Below, in pieces: positions 25,601 to 33,139 of a DNA stretch of 59,511 nt (position 1 is its first letter; each line of letters begins with the position of its first letter). The notes under the pieces were generated by a model. The model saw only the letters and a list, made by a program, of their open reading frames with translations, was not told the origin of the DNA and searched no databases. Both the position numbers and the translations under genes were made by a program. Source of the DNA: Deltaproteobacteria bacterium. GTDB lineage: Bacteria; Myxococcota; B64-G9. Location: positions 1-59,511 of the forward strand of contig JAUVBB010000001.1 of the NCBI GenBank assembly GCA_030591445.1, given 5' to 3'.

Positions 25601-25789
25601 CGCGACAGCGGCACCAATTTCTTCCTGGAAAGACTCCCCCAAGGAAACTACCCCTTCAAATACCGCCTACGCGCCGCCGTCGCCGGCACCTTCAAAGCCG
25701 CCCCCGCCACCGTCCAACCCATGTACGCCCCCGAATTTACGGCCTACTCCTGCGGGCGCACCATCACCATCCAACCCAGTCCTAAGTAG
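19646..25789 (+). CDS. Alpha-2-macroglobulin family protein with an intact thioester (2047 aa)
   Basis: YPYECTEQTLNRF carries the CTEQ thioester at 24170-24181. Repeated MG-type beta domains are present. FSETAFFKP follows a low-complexity acidic bait-like segment. The N-terminus has the signal or lipobox-like segment LISSGWSFGC. AAGGGGAG lies 6 nt upstream of the ATG. Confidence 0.92.
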   Translation: MKCMPALWCKWLIIILISSGWSFGCPGNQGLLEPGGGSGAVAVDKQPERVEPLTVVAWSGKFDQGWKEYDRLVKEQKFEQAAKSVEDMLEKAKSTGKSEEWVRGLIRFVQLRTALHGYEKSVRFFREQPWPEDLLSSAVLHLFYAQSLVQYARSYSWEIRKRERVDSKGVVDLKAWTLDQIYEEAQRAYQKVWQHRQQLGKHAVTSLSEYVQANNYPRQIRPTLRDAVSYLWVEMLADTSGWRPEHSNEVYRLDLGKMLSQPAPVSLTDPAVHPLLKICAVLDDLEQWHRARGEAEAHFETRLTRLRNLHAHFKREPDRARLRADLRERLPSMRKLAWWSMGMNVLAEFVRAEQTADNLIRARKIALDGQQAYPESIGGMRCHHLVKSIEMPDFRPMAMASDGPGKRSIGIQHKNLGRLYFRAYRLDLKKQIESARDYNLYPQHDQLQKLIDKSTPSKRWQADLAATPDYKMHRSYVVPPMDRPGFYVVVFSATKDFAPKQNKLQALFMVVGDLVLLSRQLGDRVEVEILSGQTGRPISGAKVHLYRFDYKRGHRSVASRVTGKDGRVVLKKKGSHSYFLFAQKRKQVAIDPQNIYLNARPKPGETYASLIYTDRSIYRPQQSVHFKVVAYRGNYDRADFKTAPATPLTVSLLDANHQEVAKKKLKTNRFGSASGSFVIPAGRLLGRWQLRANWSGYAHIRVEEYKRPTFEAKLLDPESPLRLNRQAQLKGEARYYFGLPVTNGKVRWRVTRAPVFPWWWSYYWWRGGAVSNQAQTIDAGTATLADDGTFSIAFTPKADERGDGQTKGFSYRYAVSAEVTDEGGETRTASRSFRLGFVAVEARMNMETHFMLEDRPGVLTVTRSNLDGIADPGRGSYRIVALQSPARALLPADQPLLEMPGAKKSPAYVTPGDLLRSRWNPGYRPEAVLRGWADGAQKSKGGLIHNDEGKAEIKLPGLPAGAYRLHYKTRDAFGAQYQMSQEFMVAGTQSRLSLPAYLQVEQSSVKVGGTARILALSGLSDQPLVLDIYRDGVRRERRRLESGRDATLIEIPISEDHRGGFSVVLTALRDHQVMKFTRNLYVPWDNKELKVSFSSFRDLLRPGGKEKWTVKVSGPAGRDTPARAAEVLAYMYDRSLDTFASHNPPSPLALFPHRARAVWARTSLGGARSGWLRSHGLSTLPGYPHLGSDILRFFSGYGIGGVGKRGQLFYAVATGSTVAAAQSARSTSLDARVSDGLLANEELASAEPRDAEDRESEGGEDVNGAAAAPAPVQMRTDFSETAFFKPHLLTGQDGSVSFEFTVPDSVTSWNVWVHAITNDLESGSLKKEAKTVKDLMVRPYLPRFLREGDQAQIKVAINNASARKLTGSLDFDIIDPATERSLLADFGLTEKETRDRPFTVAAKGGTTLSFAIETPAKVGPIAFKVIARSGDFSDGELRPLPVLPGRIHLAQSRFVTLKDKTRRELHFADMARNDDDSMIHEQMVVTIDAQLFYSVLNALPYLVNYPYECTEQTLNRFVSTGILASMYKDFPAIERMAKKFASRKQQYETWNNNDPNRKMALEETPWLQMAQGGPQRSHPLINVLDPRITRAQRDASLAKLKKIQTANGSFPWFAGGPPSPYMTLYLLYGFSKSIEFGVEVPKNMTQRAWRYLHQHYIDQVVDWMMKNNCCWEFITFLNYTLSNYPDASWSGGVFSKLERKQMLDYSFSHWKEHSPYLKGYLSLTLSRADRKKDALLVWESVMDSAQTKEDQGTFWAPEDRAWLWYNDTIETHAFAIRTVMELMPKSEHLDGLVLWIFLNKKLSHWKSTRATAEVIYSLAHYLKKTAQLGLREEIRVTAGDTQKNFVFEPDEYTGKKNQIVIPGEEIDAQKHATVVVEKDTKGYAFASATWHFSTDKLPAEARGDFIQVTRKFFKRVKTGREVVLQPLKEGARIEVGDELEVQLQLVAKHPMEYIHLRDPRPAGFEPTSIVSRHHWNLGIGWYQEIRDSGTNFFLERLPQGNYPFKYRLRAAVAGTFKAAPATVQPMYAPEFTAYSCGRTITIQPSPK

Positions 25790-25805
25790 CTCGGCAAAGC
25801 CGAGC
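25789..25805 (+). terminator. GC-rich hairpin overlapping the A2M stop codon
   Basis: gctcggc-aaa-gccgagc forms a 7-bp stem with a 3-nt loop. No U-tract follows. Confidence 0.3.
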
Positions 25806-25820
25806 GAAAGAAGAGCTTGC

Positions 25821-25850
25821 TTGACAGCCCTTAGAAAAGTGACCTATTTT
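25821..25850 (+). promoter_or_regulatory. Sigma70-like promoter close to the cyclase start codon
   Basis: TTGACA (25821-25826), 18 nt of spacer, then TATTTT (25845-25850). The ATG is at 25859, and no Shine-Dalgarno lies between them. Confidence 0.4.
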
Positions 25851-25858
25851 CATAGTAC

Positions 25859-28240
25859 ATGGACAAGTTAGCTCGCAAAGACAAAGACGTCGTTGCCAGG
25901 ATCATCGATCATCGGATCAAGCAGGACGATCTGCGTCAGATGCTTACGGCGCTTAGTGAAGATGATCGCGACGAATTCGTGGTGAAGGTGGCCGACACCT
26001 TGCGCAAGACCACGGCCTTGCTTGAGGTCAGCAAGCAAGTGTCGGACACGCTTTCTTTGGACGTGCTGCTGCCGCGCACGGTGACCTTGATCTCGGAGTT
26101 TCTCGACGCGGATCGTTGTACTTTGTTTCTCAACGATCAAGCCAGCAGTGAGCTATTCTCGCGGGTGGCCGAGGGCGATCTGACCCATGAGATCCGCTTT
26201 CCTAATCACCTGGGCATCGCCGGCTCGGTGTTCAAGAGCGGCGAATCAGCCATCATCGAAGATGCCTACGCCGATGATCGTTTCAACCAAGAGGTCGACC
26301 GCAAGACCGGCTATCGCACCCGCAATATCCTGTGCGCGCCTATCAAAACCGGACGGGGCGAAATCATCGGCGTGGCCCAGGTGCTAAACAAGAACCAGGG
26401 CGACTTTAGTCCCGACGATCTGGATCTGCTCCAGGTGCTCACCTCGCAGGCGGCCTCGGCCTTCGTCAACGCTCAGCTGCACGAAGACATCGAGCGCGCC
26501 CGGCGCGACGAATCAGAGCTACTGGAAATCACCACTGCTATCTCGCAAGAGTTGCAACTCGAGCCCTTGCTGCAAAAGATCATGGAGACGGTCACCGCCA
26601 ATCTCAACGCCGATCGCTCTACTTTGTTTATGTATGACAAAAAGACCGACGAGCTTTGGTCTCACGTGGCCCAGGGCATGGAGACCAAGGAGATCCGCTT
26701 TCCCGCCCACCTGGGCATTGCCGGCTCGGTGTTCAAGAGCGGCGAGACTATCAACATCCCTGATGCCTATGCCGATGATCGTTTCAACCAGGAGGTCGAC
26801 AAGAAAACCGGCTACCACACTCACACCATCCTGTGCATGCCCGTGATCAACAAGCAGAGCAAAACCATCGGGGTGGTCCAGGTGCTCAACAAGCAGGGCG
26901 GGCCTTTCCGCACCAAAGACGAGTTGCGCCTGCGGGCCTTTACCTCCCAGGCCACCATTGCCATCGAGAACGCCCAGTTGTTTGAAGAAGTGGTCTCGAT
27001 GAAGAACTACAACGAGAGCATCCTCGAGAGTATGTCCAACGGCGTGATTACCATCACCGCCGACAACGAAATCGCCACCGCCAACCGCGCGGCTTTGTCC
27101 CTCTTTCGTTGCGTTGACCAGCCCGAAAAGCTGCTCGGTAAAAGCACCGAGAGTTTCTTCTTCGGCCAAAACGCCTGGATCGCCGTCACCCTGGACTCGG
27201 TGCGCTCAAGCGGCAAAACATCCGTGGCCCTGGACGTCGAATTGTGGCTCAACCAAGAAGAACCCAGCGCGGCTTCGGTTAATCTCTCGGTACTGCCTTT
27301 GCTCGACAGCAAAGAACAACACATCGGCTGCCTGCTCATGCTCGAAGATATCACCAAGGAAAAACGTTTGCGCAGCACCATGGCCCGTTACATGACCAAA
27401 GAGGTAGCCGACAAGCTGCTCGAAGATGGCGAGGCCGTCCTCGGCGGCCAGACCCAAAAAGCCACCATCTTGTTCACCGACATCCGCAGCTTTACCTCCA
27501 TCTCTGAAGTGCTAGGCGCCACCGAGACCGTTCGCTTGCTCAACGACTACTTCAGCATCATGGTCGACATCATCCTCGACCACAACGGCATCCTGGACAA
27601 ATACATCGGCGACGCCATGATGGCGGTTTTTGGCGCCCCCTTCGCCACCTCCGAAGACGCCGACAATGCCTTACAAGGCGCCATCGAGATGGTGGTGGCC
27701 TTGCGTCGGTTCAACCAAACCCGTGTTTCGGCCGGCGAAGATCCGGTACACATGGGCGTGGGCATCAACACCGACGAAGTACTCTCGGGCAACATCGGCT
27801 CCATCAAACGCATGGACTACACCGTCATCGGCGACGGCGTGAACCTGGCCTCGCGCTTAGAAAGCGCCAACAAACTTTATGGCACCAAGATCCTCATCAG
27901 CGAAAACACCGCCCAGGCGCTGCGCAAAGACTACCGCCTGCGCGAAGTCGACAAAATCCGGGTCAAGGGCAAAAACGAACCAGTTTCAGTCTTCGCCGTC
28001 ATGGACTGCCACGACGAACAAAGTTTCCCCCGCATGAACGAAGTCCTGGCCCGCTACCAGCACGGTCTCGAGCACTACCACAACCGTAACTGGTCCATGG
28101 CCCAAACCCTTTTCGCCGAAGCCCTGTCCCTCAACCCCAACGACAGCGTCTCCGGCCTGTATCTCAAACGCTGCCAACACTTCCACACCACCCCACCCGC
28201 GGACGACTGGGACGGCATCTGGACCATGACCAGTAAGTAA
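25859..28240 (+). CDS. GAF-GAF-PAS class III adenylate/guanylate cyclase
   Basis: Two GAF units each contain RFPxHLGIAGSVFKSGE...DAYADDRFNQEVDxKTGY. A PAS-like linker follows. Cyclase motifs are ILFTDIRSFTSISE, KYIGDAMMAVFGAP and VIGDGVNLASRLES. Confidence 0.93.
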   Translation: MDKLARKDKDVVARIIDHRIKQDDLRQMLTALSEDDRDEFVVKVADTLRKTTALLEVSKQVSDTLSLDVLLPRTVTLISEFLDADRCTLFLNDQASSELFSRVAEGDLTHEIRFPNHLGIAGSVFKSGESAIIEDAYADDRFNQEVDRKTGYRTRNILCAPIKTGRGEIIGVAQVLNKNQGDFSPDDLDLLQVLTSQAASAFVNAQLHEDIERARRDESELLEITTAISQELQLEPLLQKIMETVTANLNADRSTLFMYDKKTDELWSHVAQGMETKEIRFPAHLGIAGSVFKSGETINIPDAYADDRFNQEVDKKTGYHTHTILCMPVINKQSKTIGVVQVLNKQGGPFRTKDELRLRAFTSQATIAIENAQLFEEVVSMKNYNESILESMSNGVITITADNEIATANRAALSLFRCVDQPEKLLGKSTESFFFGQNAWIAVTLDSVRSSGKTSVALDVELWLNQEEPSAASVNLSVLPLLDSKEQHIGCLLMLEDITKEKRLRSTMARYMTKEVADKLLEDGEAVLGGQTQKATILFTDIRSFTSISEVLGATETVRLLNDYFSIMVDIILDHNGILDKYIGDAMMAVFGAPFATSEDADNALQGAIEMVVALRRFNQTRVSAGEDPVHMGVGINTDEVLSGNIGSIKRMDYTVIGDGVNLASRLESANKLYGTKILISENTAQALRKDYRLREVDKIRVKGKNEPVSVFAVMDCHDEQSFPRMNEVLARYQHGLEHYHNRNWSMAQTLFAEALSLNPNDSVSGLYLKRCQHFHTTPPADDWDGIWTMTSK

Positions 28241-28274
28241 GGTTCTTTCGGGGGACGTTAGGGCGTAAGTTGCG

Positions 28275-30419
28275 CTAGGCGTCGGGTGAAACCCTGCCGG
28301 GTCGCGCCTCTAGCACCATGACGCTGCGGGATGATACTCGCACCGCCGCCGGACCGGCCGGGGGTTGCTCGGAGCGGTTGCGGACATCCGCCGGCGCCGA
28401 TTGGGCGGTATCGATCGCCACCGCCCAGCGGTAGCCTTCAAGCACGGGTAGCTCGGCAGCGACTGGGTCTTCGGACAGGTTCAGAACGATATGCAGGTCT
28501 TCTTCACCCTTGGCCACCGCTCCCAGGGTGAAGGCCAGCACTCGCGCCTGTGGATCTTGCCAGGCCGGCGCGTTTAGCTGGGCGCCATGCCAACGTATCT
28601 CGGGCAAGCGCTGGGCAGAGCCGCGTTCCCCGGTCAAGAAGCGCCGGTGCCGCAGACAGGGATGACGCTTGCGAAAGGCAATCAGGCCCCGGACAAAACG
28701 CAGCATGTCCGCGTTGGGCGCAAGCAAGTCCCAGTCCATCCAGCCAATCTCGTTGTCCTGGCAATAGGCGTTGTTGTTGCCCCGCTGGGTGCGCAACACC
28801 TCGTCGCCGTACAACAACATGGGCACGCCCTGGCTCAGCAGCAGGATGGCCAACAGGTTCTTGGCCTGGCGCCGCCGCAGCTCAATGAGCCTAGAATCGT
28901 CGCTCTCGCCCTCCTGCCCGTAGTTGTGGCCATAGTTCTCGTTGGTTCCGTCGCGGTCATCCTCCCCATTGGCCAGGTTGTGCTTGCGATCGTAGCTGAC
29001 CAGATCGCGGAGAGTGAAGCCGTCGTGGCAGGTCACAAAGTTAATGCTGTTGGAGGGCAGCCGCCCGGCGCTCTGGTAAAGATCGCTGTTGCCGCTCAGG
29101 CGGGTAGCCAACTCGCCAATGAGCCCCCCTTCCCCGCGGACGAAGCGACGAATCACGTCGCGGTAGCGACCATTCCACTCGCGCCAGCGATAGCCGGGAA
29201 ATCCACCCACCTGATAGAGACCGGCGGCGTCCCAGGCCTCGGCGATGATCTTGGTCTGCGCCAGCTGCTCTGACAACTCGATGTGCCAAAGGAAAGACGG
29301 GTGGGTCATGGGCTGGCCGTCCTCGCCCCGCGCCAGCGCGGAAGCAAGATCAAAGCGAAATCCGTCCACGTGGAACTCCCGCACCCAATACTCCAGGCTG
29401 TCGAGCAGACAAGCGTTGACCAGCGGGTGGTTGCAGTTGACGGTGTTGCCGCAACCGGTGAAGTCCCGGTATTGGCGCCGGTCGCTGGGATCGAGGTGGT
29501 AGAAGGTATCGTTGCCAAAGCCCTTGTAATTGATCCACGGGCCGGTCGCACCGCCCTCGGCGGTGTGGTTAAACACCACGTCCAGGATAACGCCGATCCC
29601 GGCCCGATGCAGCGCGCGAACCAGGTCCTTGAACTCCCGCCGGTGGGTTCCTTGCTCGGGGGTAACGCAATAGCCCGGGTGGGGGCTGAAAAAACTATGG
29701 GTGCTGTAGCCCCAGAAGTTGCTAAGCCCAAGCCGGCTGGAACTTGCCGGCAGGTCTTGCACATCGAAGGCCATGATCGGCATCAGTTCGACGTCGGTGA
29801 TGCCGAGATCCTTGAGATAGGGAATCTTCTCGATCATCCCGGCAAAGGTGCCCGGATGCTGTACGCCGGCTGATGGATGGCGCGTAAACGCCCCCAAGTG
29901 CAACTCGTAGAGAATGGTTTCCTCGAAAGGGTGGCCAAGGGGCTGGTCGCCCTCCCAGTCGTAGTCATCATTAACCACCATAGCCCGCATGGACGGGCTG
30001 CGCTCTTCGGGCCGGCTGGCCCGCGCCCGGTCCCAGTGAATATCCGAGACCGCCCGCGCCCAGGGATCTAGCAGTTCTTTGTTGGCGTTGTGGCGAAAAC
30101 CGGTTTCGCGGGTATTGGTCGGCCCATCAACCCGGTAAGTGTACCAAACCCCGCTGGGCAAACCCTCGACGTAGACATGCCAGGTGAAGTAAGTCTGATG
30201 GTGAGTCGGATCCAGCCGGATTACCTGGAAGGGTTTTGCAGCTTCGGCCGATTGGTACAGGTTGAGCTCGACCCAAGTAGCATGCCGACAGAAAATCGAA
30301 AAGTTCACCCCAGAGGGATCCACGGTGGCCCCTTGCGGAAAGCGGCGTCCATGTCTGATCGAGTAGGGCTTTTTCACGTTCATCGGCTGTTCATACCACT
30401 CGACAGCGCGGCTGTACAA
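28275..30419 (-). CDS. glgX: Glycogen debranching enzyme GlgX (GH13)
   Basis: GH13 conserved regions are present: GVILDVVFNHTAEG, HVDGFRFDLASAL, IIAEAWD and FVTCHDGFTL. The start may be the internal MNVKKPYSIRHG at 30383. Confidence 0.93.
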   Translation of the reverse strand: MYSRAVEWYEQPMNVKKPYSIRHGRRFPQGATVDPSGVNFSIFCRHATWVELNLYQSAEAAKPFQVIRLDPTHHQTYFTWHVYVEGLPSGVWYTYRVDGPTNTRETGFRHNANKELLDPWARAVSDIHWDRARASRPEERSPSMRAMVVNDDYDWEGDQPLGHPFEETILYELHLGAFTRHPSAGVQHPGTFAGMIEKIPYLKDLGITDVELMPIMAFDVQDLPASSSRLGLSNFWGYSTHSFFSPHPGYCVTPEQGTHRREFKDLVRALHRAGIGVILDVVFNHTAEGGATGPWINYKGFGNDTFYHLDPSDRRQYRDFTGCGNTVNCNHPLVNACLLDSLEYWVREFHVDGFRFDLASALARGEDGQPMTHPSFLWHIELSEQLAQTKIIAEAWDAAGLYQVGGFPGYRWREWNGRYRDVIRRFVRGEGGLIGELATRLSGNSDLYQSAGRLPSNSINFVTCHDGFTLRDLVSYDRKHNLANGEDDRDGTNENYGHNYGQEGESDDSRLIELRRRQAKNLLAILLLSQGVPMLLYGDEVLRTQRGNNNAYCQDNEIGWMDWDLLAPNADMLRFVRGLIAFRKRHPCLRHRRFLTGERGSAQRLPEIRWHGAQLNAPAWQDPQARVLAFTLGAVAKGEEDLHIVLNLSEDPVAAELPVLEGYRWAVAIDTAQSAPADVRNRSEQPPAGPAAVRVSSRSVMVLEARPGRVSPDA

Positions 30420-30440
30420 GCCCGGATACCCACTTGCTTG

Positions 30441-31349
30441 CTACCACAGAGCGGTCAAGGTAATGCCAAATCCGTCTTGGTAGAAGGATGGGGTGGCCAT
30501 GACTTGGGCCAGACCAAGGAAAGGCTCCGAATCATCTGGGTCGCGGGTGTGTAAGTAGGGTACGGCAAAGCCAATGGCACTGCCAACGGCGGCGCCGACC
30601 AGAACGTCGGACCAAAAGTGTTTGCCGGCTTCCACTCGCAGGAACGCGGTGGAAGCAGCGAGCGCGTGGCTGCCCAGCCAAACCGGAACCACGGCCCAGC
30701 TGTCGGGATGGCGTTGGCTAAAGAGATAGCTATAGGCGGTGGCCATGGTAAACGACAAGGAAGTGTGTCCGGAGAAAAAGGACAAAGAGTCTTCGGTGGC
30801 CGTAGAATCAAAACCGGTCTGGTACATATAAGGTCGAGGCCGGCGAACCATGAACTTGGTCAAGGTACACACGGTGAGGTTGACCGCCACGGCCTCGGTT
30901 AGAATCAGGGCGTCCTGGGCAAAACCTTCGAGGCCTCGATCCTTGCCCACCAACCAGTAGTCAAGCGAGCTTGCCAAAAAGGGTAACACAACGCTGGCAG
31001 CCAGGGTGACATCCGAGGCCATGGCCGCGCTTGGTGAGTGATTGCCCAAAACCGATCGGTCCATGCCATTGAGTTCGGCTGGGTTCAAATTGCGCAAGCT
31101 CAGGTCTCTGCCCAAGTCTCCGCCCAGGAGCTTCGGCGCAATGCCGATGAAAATACCGCTCAAGCTAAGTGACAGATCGGAAGGCATATGCAGCTGGAAC
31201 AGACGGTCCTCATCGACAGGCGCTTGGTCATCGCTCGCCTCCGCGCCTGCGCTGGAACTTTCCAGGCGCTCAACTTCTGCTGGGGATTTGGCTTGGACCT
31301 GCGTTCCAATCAACGACAGCGAGACAACTAGGGTGACTACGGTTTTCAT
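30441..31349 (-). CDS. PAP2-family (lipid) phosphatase, membrane-bound
   Basis: The three PAP2 motifs are present: KFMVRRPRP (Kx6RP), SFFSGHTS (SGH) and RVEAGKHFWSD (Rx5Hx3D). A signal or TM N-terminus is present. AAGGGG is the RBS. Confidence 0.88.
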   Translation of the reverse strand: MKTVVTLVVSLSLIGTQVQAKSPAEVERLESSSAGAEASDDQAPVDEDRLFQLHMPSDLSLSLSGIFIGIAPKLLGGDLGRDLSLRNLNPAELNGMDRSVLGNHSPSAAMASDVTLAASVVLPFLASSLDYWLVGKDRGLEGFAQDALILTEAVAVNLTVCTLTKFMVRRPRPYMYQTGFDSTATEDSLSFFSGHTSLSFTMATAYSYLFSQRHPDSWAVVPVWLGSHALAASTAFLRVEAGKHFWSDVLVGAAVGSAIGFAVPYLHTRDPDDSEPFLGLAQVMATPSFYQDGFGITLTALW

Positions 31350-31443
31350 TCTACCCCTTGGGTATCAACTCGGTCCCCCGAGAATCTAATGATACCTTAA
31401 AGGTAATTTTTGCATGAATCGGCTCTTTTTGACAAGCCCTATT

Positions 31444-33138
31444 TCAGTTCAGGCGGTCCAGACCGACAATCTGCTGACCACGGGGTAAACCATGATCGAA
31501 GAGGTGAACTTCGATGGCGGTGGGCGGGACCGAGGATCGGCGGCGAACGTCAATGCGCAGGACACCGTAGCCCGGTGAGCGATCGCCGAGCGGCAGCAAG
31601 ACGCAGGAACGATCGGGGTGATCGGGGTCGGGTTGAAATTGTAGCCAGCCCAGGCGCTGGTCCAATTGGGGGCCGGCCATCATTTTGACTTGGTACAGGA
31701 CCTGAGCGGGATTGGCACCGGCGTGGCGAATAGCCAGGTCTTCGAAGCACAGCGATTGGGCGGAGTTTCCGGCTTGGCGTCTAAGCAGGCGAAAACGATC
31801 TAGCGGTACATGCTTTTGCAGGTATTCTTCGGTGATAAGATCGCGTCTTTTGCGCAGGGCCTCGAATAAGTATTGCTCATGGCGCGCATTGTGCAAGCGC
31901 CCGGTTTTGACCACGGCATAGAGCTGCGCATCGCTAAAACGGGCAATGATGCGCACCATCCACAAGGCATCGCGGAAAGTCATGCGCGCGTGGGCCGGGT
32001 GCGGGTAGACCGATCGCCACTTCGAGGGCGTGAAGTTTTGCCAGTCGAAATATCCGAAGATCTCGGCCTCGTCGTTAATGCGGGCGTGGGTCCAGGGCCG
32101 AGGCATGAGCCCAAGGCTGAGCATGTCGACCACAATGTGCTCGATATCGAAATAGTAGGAGTGACCTACGCGCCGATCGAGCCGATCGTCCCAGGGACTG
32201 GCCAAGGCGTGGCCGAAATCAATCATGTAATGGCGAACAAAGCGACGGCCATCTTCTTCGACAAACATATCCAAGGAGTTCTGCTCGCGGGTATCGAAAT
32301 TATTGAACCAGGCGGCCAACAAGCGCACGGCTCTCAACTCACGCCGGTTCTCATGGGCAATGATGTCGTTGGGATCGTCTAAGCGCGTGCCTTCGAGTTG
32401 GTGGGGTCCTAAGGGAATGCCGGGCAGAAAACGGCTAGCCGAGGCACGTAGCTCGCCGGTTTTAAGCCGAAAGGCATGGGCCAGGGCCCGCTCGACGGCG
32501 GCCGGCGCTAAGGCAATCTTTTCGCCAAACTCATTGACGGTCACGGCGGCGGGATCAAGCTGCAAAATGTTTCGCCGGAAATAAACAATCTCGTTACAGG
32601 GTGCATGGTAGCCGGCGGCAAAATAGAGCTTCGAGCCAATGACGTCCGCAACCGTCTCCCGCTGCGGCCGATGAGAACCGTCGAACTTGAGCAGGTAAGT
32701 GAAACCGTCGGGAGCCTTGATGAAGAAGCCCGGGTTGATGCCTTCGGTTTTGGCGCGGGTAATCAGCCAGGGCCCGCGTTGCGGATCCAGTGACGGTGCC
32801 TGGCAACTGCCCCGGGCCACTTCCGCGGGCGTCATGTCCACACGGCCGATGCGGTTTACAAACCAGGAAGAATCAGGCACTTCGTCCAGGCTGTTGACAT
32901 TGATTGATTCCAGCGGATCGGAAAAAGCGAGAAAATCAGACCAGGGCCGCAAAACTGTTTGGTCCAAAGCATCGCCAACCAGGGTGGAAGATCGCGCTTG
33001 GGGTTGGGTCGACACATGCTCCCTATCCGGATCCTGCCACAAGGTCTCGGTGGCCGGAAAACCGCGGGGCGCATGGCTGCAAGCGGCCCCCAGCATAGCC
33101 ATGGCAATCCAAATCCATTTATTGCGAAGGTCCGCCAT
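31444..33138 (-). CDS. Exported protein with a protein-kinase-like fold and PI3K/PI4K-like IDFGH signature; function unknown
   Basis: The start MADLRNKWIWIAMAMLGAAC is a signal peptide with a possible lipobox. It sits 1 nt after the upstream stop codon. Kinase-fold candidates are YLLKF (beta3 Lys), RETVADVIGSKLY (alphaC Glu), NNFDTREQNSL (D..N catalytic loop) and HYMIDFGHALAS (DFG). The conserved N-terminal block is NSLDEVPDSSWFVNRIG. Confidence 0.6.
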   Translation of the reverse strand: MADLRNKWIWIAMAMLGAACSHAPRGFPATETLWQDPDREHVSTQPQARSSTLVGDALDQTVLRPWSDFLAFSDPLESINVNSLDEVPDSSWFVNRIGRVDMTPAEVARGSCQAPSLDPQRGPWLITRAKTEGINPGFFIKAPDGFTYLLKFDGSHRPQRETVADVIGSKLYFAAGYHAPCNEIVYFRRNILQLDPAAVTVNEFGEKIALAPAAVERALAHAFRLKTGELRASASRFLPGIPLGPHQLEGTRLDDPNDIIAHENRRELRAVRLLAAWFNNFDTREQNSLDMFVEEDGRRFVRHYMIDFGHALASPWDDRLDRRVGHSYYFDIEHIVVDMLSLGLMPRPWTHARINDEAEIFGYFDWQNFTPSKWRSVYPHPAHARMTFRDALWMVRIIARFSDAQLYAVVKTGRLHNARHEQYLFEALRKRRDLITEEYLQKHVPLDRFRLLRRQAGNSAQSLCFEDLAIRHAGANPAQVLYQVKMMAGPQLDQRLGWLQFQPDPDHPDRSCVLLPLGDRSPGYGVLRIDVRRRSSVPPTAIEVHLFDHGLPRGQQIVGLDRLN

Positions 33139-33139
33139 A

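Noticed and set aside
19646-25789. Expectation of a pbpC (PBP1c) or yfaA/yfaT-type partner next to the alpha-2-macroglobulin gene
   Set aside because: No transglycosylase/transpeptidase or yfa-like genes flank it. The downstream gene is a cyclase with its own promoter, so the canonical A2M operon types do not apply here.
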